A stretch of DNA of 64,000 nucleotides from Auanema rhodensis (lineage: Eukaryota; Animalia; Nematoda): NCBI GenBank assembly GCA_964057225.1, contig OZ059900.1, positions 15,376,001-15,440,000 on the forward strand, given 5' to 3'. Position numbers and translations under genes: made by a program. The notes beneath the pieces were generated by a model, which did no database searches, was not told where the DNA came from, and saw only the letters and a program-made list of their open reading frames with translations. Positions 56,194 through 64,000 of the stretch are shown here, piece after piece. The first letter of the stretch is position 1; every line of letters begins with the position of its first letter.

Positions 56194-57050
56194 AGGGCGT
56201 GCCCTCAGAATATGCTAATGGGGCGTGCCCTCAGAATATGCTAATTTCCTTAATTTTCTAACCCCTGTTTTTTTGTCGTGAAAGTGGAACTAGACGTTGT
56301 ACGAACAATTTTGAGCTAGGTTTCATTGACATTGCATGAGTTTGAACACATGAAATCGTAAGTCAAAACCTTGTTTACAGCGAAATTTCCAAAAACTGGT
56401 TTTCCAGCATAATTAATTTTCTAACCCCTGTTTTTTTGTCGTGAAAGTGGGACTAGACGTTGTACGAACAATTTTGAGCTAGGTTTCATTGACATTGCAT
56501 GAGTTTGAACACATGAAATCGTAAGTCAAAACCTTGTTTACCGCGAAATTTCCAAAAACTGGTTTTCCAGCATAATAAAATATTTCTCATGGGAAATACT
56601 GTGTTTTTGTATTTTTCTAGTGTTCAGCATGTAAAATGCTTCATTTTAGTATGTAACACGCTGAAATTCGTTGCATTTGACGACTCATATGAACAAAAAT
56701 CGATTTAATCAATATTAGCCATAAGGGGCGTGCCCTCAGAATATGCTAATAGAAAAATAGAAAAATACAAAAAGAAAAATACAAAAACACAGTATTTCCC
56801 ATGAGAAATATTTTATTATGCTGGAAAACCAGTTTTTGGAAATTTCGCTGTAAACAAGGTTTTGACTTACGATTTCATGTGTTCAAACTCATGCAATGTC
56901 AATGAAACCTAGCTCAAAATTGTTCGTACAACGTCTAGTTCCACTTTCACGACAAAAAAACAGGGGTTAGAAAATTAAGGAAATTAGCATATTCTGAGGG
57001 CACGCCCCTTATGGCTAATATTGATTAAATCGATTTTTGAATATGCTAAT
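56194..57050. repeat. Compound rearrangement cassette copy 1 (26-bp duplication + 163-bp duplication + inverted insertion)
   Basis: Junctions gctaat|ggggcg (56219/56220), cataat|taatttt (56413/56414), gctaat|agaaaaatag (56750/56751), gatttttg|aatatgc (57039). Confidence 0.95.
56773..57039 (-). repeat. Inverted 267-bp satellite fragment (monomer pos 95-342 + 1-19), copy 1
   Basis: Reverse complement of the consensus: agaaaaatacaaaaacacagtatttcccatgag...ttgattaaatcgatttttg. Confidence 0.97.
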
Positions 57051-59291
57051 TCCCTTAATTTTCTAACTCCTGTTTTTTTGTCGTGAAAGTGGAACTAGAC
57101 GTTGTACGAACAATTTTGAGCTAGGTTTCATTGACATTGCATGAGTTTGAACACATGAAATCGTAAGTCAAAACCTTGTTTACAGCGAAATTTCCAAAAA
57201 CTGGTTTTCCAGCATAATAAAATATTTCTCATGGGAAATACTGTGTTTTTGTATTTTTCTAGTGTTCAGCATGTAAAATGCTTCATTTTAGTATGTAACA
57301 CGCTGAAATTCGTTGCATTTGACGACTCATATGAACAAAAATCGATTTAATCAATATTAGCCATATGGGGCGTGCCCTCAGAATATGCTAATTTCCTTAA
57401 TTTTCTAACCCCTGTTTTTTTGTCGTGAAAGTGGAACTAGACGTTGTACGAACAATTTTGAGCAAGGTTTCATTGACATTGCATGAGTTTGAACACATGA
57501 AATCGTAAGTCAAAACCTTGTTTACAGCGAAATTTCCAAAAACTGGTTTTCCAGCATAATAAAATATTTCTCATGGGAAATACTGTGTTTTTGTATTTTT
57601 CTAGTGTTCAGCATGTAAAATGCTTCATTTTAGTATGTAACACGCTGAAATTCGTTGCATTTGACGACTCATATGAACAAAAATCGATTTAATCAATATT
57701 AGCCATAAGGGGCGTGCCCTCAGAATATGCTAATTTCCTTAATTTTCTAACCCCTGTTTTTTTGTCGTGAAAGTGGGACTAGACGTTGTACAAACAATTT
57801 TGAGCTAGGTTTCATTGACATTGCATGAGTTTGAACACATGAAATCGTAAGTCAAAACCTTGTTTACAGCGAAATTTCCAAAAACTGGTTTTCCAGCATA
57901 ATAAAATATTTCTCATGGGAAATACTGTGTTTTTGTATTTTTCTAGTGTTCAGCATGTAAAATGCTTCATTTTAGTATGTAACACGCTGAAATTCGTTGC
58001 ATTTGACGACTCATATGAATAAAAATCGATTTAATCAATATTAGCAATAAGGGGCGTGCCCTCAGAATATGCTAATTCCCTTAATTTTCTAACCCCTGTT
58101 TTTTTGTCGTGAAAGTGGAACTAGACGTTGTACAAACAATTTTGAGCTAGGTTTCATTGACATTGCATGAGTTTGAACACATGAAATCGTAAGTCAAAAC
58201 CTTGTTTACAGCGAAATTTCCAAAAACTGGTTTTCCAGCATAATAAAATATTTCTCATGGGAAATACTGTGTTTTTGTATTTTTCTAGTGTTCAGCATGT
58301 AAAATGCTTCATTTTAGTATGTAACACGCTGAAATTCGTTGCATTTGACGACTCATATGAACAAAAATCGATTTAATCAATATTAGCCATAAGGGGCGTG
58401 CCCTCAGAATATGCTAATTTCCTTAATTTTCTAACCCCTGTTTTTTGTCGTGAAAGTGGAACTAGACGTTGTAGGAACAATTTTGAGCTAGGTTTCATTG
58501 ACATTGCATGAGTTTGAACACATGAAATCGTAAGTCAAAACCTTGTTTACAGCGAAATTTCCAAAAACTGGTTTTCCAGCATAATAAAATATTTCTCATG
58601 GGAAATACTGTGTTTTTGTATTTTTCTAGTGTTCAGCATGTAAAACACTTCATTTTAGTATGTAACACGCTGAAATTCGTTGCATTTGACGACTCATATG
58701 AACAAAAATCGATTTAATCAATATTAGCCATAAGGGGCGTGCCCTCAGAATATGCTAATTTCCTTAATTTTCTAACCCCTGTTTTTTTGTCGTGAAAGTG
58801 GAATTAGACGTTGTAGGAACAATTTTGAGCTAGGTTTCATTGACATTGCATGAGTTTGAACACATGAAATCGTAAGTCAAAACCTTGTTTACAGCGAAAT
58901 TTCCAAAAACTGGTTTTCCAGCATAATAAAATATTTCTCATGGGAAATACTGTGTTTTTGTATTTTTCTAGTGTTCAGCATGTAAAATTCTTCATTTTAG
59001 TATGTAACACGCTGAAATTCGTTGCATTTGACGACTCATATGAACAAAAATCGATTTAATCAATATTAGCCATAAGGGGCGTGCCCTCAGAATATGCTAA
59101 TTTCCTTAATTTTCTAACCCCTGTTTTTTGTCGTGAAAGTGGAACTAGACGTTGTAGGAACAATTTTGAGCTAGGTTTCATTGACATTGCATGAGTTTGA
59201 ACACATGAAATCGTAAGTCAAAACCTTGTTTACAGCGAAATTTCCAAAAACTGGTTTTCCAGCATAATAAAATATTTCTCATGGGAAATAC

Positions 59292-59631
59292 TGTGTTTTT
59301 GTATTTTTCTAGTGTTCAGCATGTGAAACACTTCATTTTAGTATGTAACACGCTGAAATTCAATGCATTTGACGAATCATATGAACAAAAATCGATTTAA
59401 TCAATATAAGCCATAGAGGCGTGCCCTCAGAATATGCTAATTTCCTTAATTTTCTAACCCCTGTTTTTTGTCGTGAAAGTGGAACTAGACGTTGTAGGAA
59501 CAATTTTGAGCTAGGTTTCATTGACATTGCATGAGTTTGAACACATGAAATCGTAAGTCAAAACCTTGTTTACAGCGAAATTTCCAAAAACTGGTTTTCC
59601 AGCATAATAAAATATTTCTCATGGGAAATAC
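59292..59631 (+). repeat. Divergent 340-bp monomer variant (also at 61831-62170 and 63344-63683)
   Basis: About 11 differences from consensus: gtGaaaCActtc, ttcAAtgc, gacgaAtc, atatAagc, ccatagaggcg, shortened T tract, gtaGga. Confidence 0.92.
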
Positions 59632-60782
59632 TGTGTTTTTGTATTTTTCTAGTGTTCAGCATGTAAAATACTTCATTTTAGTATGTAACACGCTGAAATT
59701 CGTTGCATTTGACGACTCATATGAACAAAAATCGATTTAATCAATATTAGCCATAAGGGGCGTGCCCTCAGAATGTGCTAATTTCCTTAATTTTCTAACC
59801 CCTGTTTTTTTGTCGTGAAAGTGGAATTAGACGTTGTAAGAACAATTTTGAGCTAGGTTTCATTGACATTGCATGAGTTTGAACACATGAAATCGTAAGT
59901 CAAAACCTTGTTTACAGCGAAATTTCCAAAAACTGGTTTTCCAGCATAATAAAATATTTCTCATGGGAAATACTGTGTTTTTGTATTTTTCTAGTGTTCA
60001 GCATGTAAAATGCTTCATTTTAGTATGTAACACGCTGAAATTCGTTGCATTTGACGACTCATATGAACAAAAATCGATTTAATCAATATTAGCCATAAGG
60101 GGCGTGCCCTCAGAATATGCTAATTTCCTTAATTTTCTAACCCCTGTTTTTTTGTCGTGAAAGTGGAACTAGACGTTGTACGAACAATTTTGAGCTAGGT
60201 TTCATTGACATTGCATGAGTTTGAACACATGAAATCGTAAGTCAAAACCTTGTTTACAGCGAAATTTCCAAAAACTGGTGTTCCAGCATAATAAAATATT
60301 TCTCATGGGAAATACTGTGTTTTTGTATTTTTCTAGTGTTCAGCATGTAAAATGCTTCATTTTAGTATGTAACACGCTGAAATTCGTTGCATTTGACGAC
60401 TCATATGAACAAAAATCGATTTAATCAATATTAGCCATAAGGGGCGTGCCCTCAGAATATGCTAATTCCCTTAATTTTCTAACTCCTGTTTTTTTGTCGT
60501 GAAAGTGGAACTAGACGTTGTACGAACAATTTTGAGCTAGGTTTCATTGACATTGCATGAGTTTGAACACATGAAATCGTAAGTCAAAACCTTGTTTACA
60601 GCGAAATTTCCAAAAACTGGTTTTCCAGCATAATAAAATATTTCTCATGGGAAATACTGTGTTTTTGTATTTTTCTAGTGTTCAGCATGTGAAATGCTTC
60701 ATATTAGTATGTAACACGCTGAAATTCGTTGCATTTGACGACTCATATGAACAAAAATCGATTTAATCAATATTAGCCATAA

Positions 60783-61639
60783 AGGGCGTGCCCTCAGAAT
60801 ATGCTAATGGGGCGTGCCCTCAGAATATGCTAATTTCCTTAATTTTCTAACCCCTGTTTTTTTGTCGTGAAAGTGGAACTAGACGTTGTACGAACAATTT
60901 TGAGCTAGGTTTCATTGACATTGCATGAGTTTGAACACATGAAATCGTAAGTCAAAACCTTGTTTACAGCGAAATTTCCAAAAACTGGTTTTCCAGCATA
61001 ATTAATTTTCTAACCCCTGTTTTTTTGTCGTGAAAGTGGGACTAGACGTTGTACGAACAATTTTGAGCTAGGTTTCATTGACATTGCATGAGTTTGAACA
61101 CATGAAATCGTAAGTCAAAACCTTGTTTACAGCGAAATTTCCAAAAACTGGTTTTCCAGCATAATAAAATATTTCTCATGGGAAATACTGTGTTTTTGTA
61201 TTTTTCTAGTGTTCAGCATGTAAAATGCTTCATTTTAGTATGTAACACGCTGAAATTCGTTGCATTTGACGACTCATATGAACAAAAATCGATTTAATCA
61301 ATATTAGCCATAAGGGGCGTGCCCTCAGAATATGCTAATAGAAAAATAGAAAAATACAAAAAGAAAAATACAAAAACACAGTATTTCCCATGAGAAATAT
61401 TTTATTATGCTGGAAAACCAGTTTTTGGAAATTTCGCTGTAAACAAGGTTTTGACTTACGATTTCATGTGTTCAAACTCATGCAATGTCAATGAAACCTA
61501 GCTCAAAATTGTTCGTACAACGTCTAGTTCCACTTTCACGACAAAAAAACAGGGGTTAGAAAATTAAGGAAATTAGCATATTCTGAGGGCACGCCCCTTA
61601 TGGCTAATATTGATTAAATCGATTTTTGAATATGCTAAT
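60783..61639. repeat. Compound rearrangement cassette copy 2
   Basis: Same four junctions at 60808/60809, 61002/61003, 61339/61340 and 61628; 4589 bp after copy 1. Confidence 0.95.
61362..61628 (-). repeat. Inverted 267-bp satellite fragment, copy 2
   Basis: Reverse complement of the monomer with the same ends as copy 1. Confidence 0.97.
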
Positions 61640-62295
61640 TCCCTTAATTTTCTAACTCCTGTTTTTTTGTCGTGAAAGTGGAACTAGACGTTGTACGAAC
61701 AATTTTGAGCTAGGTTTCATTGACATTGCATGAGTTTGAACACATGAAATCGTAAGTCAAAACCTTGTTTACAGCGAAATTTCCAAAAACTGGTTTTCCA
61801 GCATAATAAAATATTTCTCATGGGAAATACTGTGTTTTTGTATTTTTCTAGTGTTCAGCATGTGAAACACTTCATTTTAGTATGTAACACGCTGAAATTC
61901 AATGCATTTGACGAATCATATGAACAAAAATCGATTTAATCAATATAAGCCATAGAGGCGTGCCCTCAGAATATGCTAATTTCCTTAATTTTCTAACCCC
62001 TGTTTTTTGTCGTGAAAGTGGAACTAGACGTTGTAGGAACAATTTTGAGCTAGGTTTCATTGACATTGCATGAGTTTGAACACATGAAATCGTAAGTCAA
62101 AACCTTGTTTACAGCGAAATTTCCAAAAACTGGTTTTCCAGCATAATAAAATATTTCTCATGGGAAATACTGTGTTTTTGTATTTTTCTAGTGTTCAGCA
62201 TGTGAAATGCTTCATTTTAGTATGTAACACGCTGAAATTCGTTGCATTTGACGACTCATATGAACAAAAATCGATTTAATCAATATTAGCCATAA

Positions 62296-63152
62296 AGGGC
62301 GTGCCCTCAGAATATGCTAATGGGGCGTGCCCTCAGAATATGCTAATTTCCTTAATTTTCTAACCCCTGTTTTTTTGTCGTGAAAGTGGAACTAGACGTT
62401 GTACGAACAATTTTGAGCTAGGTTTCATTGACATTGCATGAGTTTGAACACATGAAATCGTAAGTCAAAACCTTGTTTACAGCGAAATTTCCAAAAACTG
62501 GTTTTCCAGCATAATTAATTTTCTAACCCCTGTTTTTTTGTCGTGAAAGTGGGACTAGACGTTGTACGAACAATTTTGAGCTAGGTTTCATTGACATTGC
62601 ATGAGTTTGAACACATGAAATCGTAAGTCAAAACCTTGTTTACAGCGAAATTTCCAAAAACTGGTTTTCCAGCATAATAAAATATTTCTCATGGGAAATA
62701 CTGTGTTTTTGTATTTTTCTAGTGTTCAGCATGTAAAATGCTTCATTTTAGTATGTAACACGCTGAAATTCGTTGCATTTGACGACTCATATGAACAAAA
62801 ATCGATTTAATCAATATTAGCCATAAGGGGCGTGCCCTCAGAATATGCTAATAGAAAAATAGAAAAATACAAAAAGAAAAATACAAAAACACAGTATTTC
62901 CCATGAGAAATATTTTATTATGCTGGAAAACCAGTTTTTGGAAATTTCGCTGTAAACAAGGTTTTGACTTACGATTTCATGTGTTCAAACTCATGCAATG
63001 TCAATGAAACCTAGCTCAAAATTGTTCGTACAACGTCTAGTTCCACTTTCACGACAAAAAAACAGGGGTTAGAAAATTAAGGAAATTAGCATATTCTGAG
63101 GGCACGCCCCTTATGGCTAATATTGATTAAATCGATTTTTGAATATGCTAAT
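62296..63152. repeat. Compound rearrangement cassette copy 3
   Basis: Same junctions at 62321/62322, 62515/62516, 62852/62853 and 63141; 1513 bp after copy 2. Confidence 0.95.
62875..63141 (-). repeat. Inverted 267-bp satellite fragment, copy 3
   Basis: Reverse complement of the monomer with the same ends as copies 1 and 2. Confidence 0.97.
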
Positions 63153-64000
63153 TCCCTTAATTTTCTAACTCCTGTTTTTTTGTCGTGAAAGTGGAACTAG
63201 ACGTTGTACGAACAATTTTGAGCTAGGTTTCATTGACATTGCATGAGTTTGAACACATGAAATCGTAAGTCAAAACCTTGTTTACAGCGAAATTTCCAAA
63301 AACTGGTTTTCCAGCATAATAAAATATTTCTCATGGGAAATACTGTGTTTTTGTATTTTTCTAGTGTTCAGCATGTGAAACACTTCATTTTAGTATGTAA
63401 CACGCTGAAATTCAATGCATTTGACGAATCATATGAACAAAAATCGATTTAATCAATATAAGCCATAGAGGCGTGCCCTCAGAATATGCTAATTTCCTTA
63501 ATTTTCTAACCCCTGTTTTTTGTCGTGAAAGTGGAACTAGACGTTGTAGGAACAATTTTGAGCTAGGTTTCATTGACATTGCATGAGTTTGAACACATGA
63601 AATCGTAAGTCAAAACCTTGTTTACAGCGAAATTTCCAAAAACTGGTTTTCCAGCATAATAAAATATTTCTCATGGGAAATACTGTGTTTTTGTATTTTT
63701 CTAGTGTTCAGCATGTAAAATACTTCATTTTAGTATGTAACACGCTGAAATTCGTTGCATTTGACGACTCATATGAACAAAAATCGATTTAATCAATATT
63801 AGCCATAAGGGGCGTGCCCTCAGAATGTGCTAATTTCCTTAATTTTCTAACCCCTGTTTTTTTGTCGTGAAAGTGGAATTAGACGTAGTAAGAACAATTT
63901 TGAGCTAGGTTTCATTGACATTGCATGAGTTTGAACACATGAAATCGTAAGTCAAAACCTTGTTTACAGCGAAATTTCCAAAAACTGGTTTTCCAGCATA

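Larger units (their letters stand above)
1..64000 (+). repeat. Tandem satellite DNA array, 342-bp monomer, ~187 copies, runs off both window ends
   Basis: The unit tgtgtttttgtatttttctagtgttcagcatg...ataaaatatttctcatgggaaatac recurs at 342-bp spacing (starts 342, 684, ...). Line phase recurs every 1710/3420 bp. It is AT-rich with A/T tracts, and copies differ by few substitutions. Confidence 0.99.

Noticed and set aside
56751-57038. MITE, SINE or transposon insertion because of the 12-bp TSD-like repeat and A-rich end
   Set aside because: The insert is wholly satellite-derived, with no terminal inverted repeats, Pol III boxes or pure poly(A). The A-rich part is explained as repeated copies of the satellite's own opposite strand.
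1-64000. CRISPR array or other repeat-spacer system
   Set aside because: There are no unique spacers; the entire 342-bp unit is repeated, and no cas-like coding sequence is present.
1-64000. Assignment to a named satellite family, organism or CENP-B box
   Set aside because: I do not recognise the sequence with confidence and see no canonical CENP-B box; a BLAST/Dfam/Repbase search would be needed.

Overview
The whole 64 kb window is one non-coding, AT-rich tandem satellite array of about 187 head-to-tail copies of a 342-bp monomer (e.g. 342-683). Most copies differ from the consensus by only a few bases. It looks like eukaryotic (peri)centromeric or heterochromatic satellite DNA, but I cannot name the family or organism. 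No genes, RNA genes, CRISPR array or autonomous mobile element are supported, and all six frames of the monomer contain stops. The information lies in the variants. (i) Diagnostic SNPs reveal nested block duplications of 3, 4, 5, 6, 7, 9, 10 and 24 monomers and spatially layered variant domains. (ii) From 56.2 kb a compound rearrangement cassette occurs three times: a 26-bp duplication, a 163-bp sub-monomer duplication, and a 288-bp insertion holding an inverted 267-bp satellite fragment with a stuttered junction and a flanking 12-bp direct repeat. The last two copies are 1513 bp apart and look like a nascent higher-order repeat containing a ~222-bp-arm inverted repeat. All four cassette junctions and an independent 9-bp deletion involve monomer positions 140-157, at or beside the 3' arm of a predicted hairpin.
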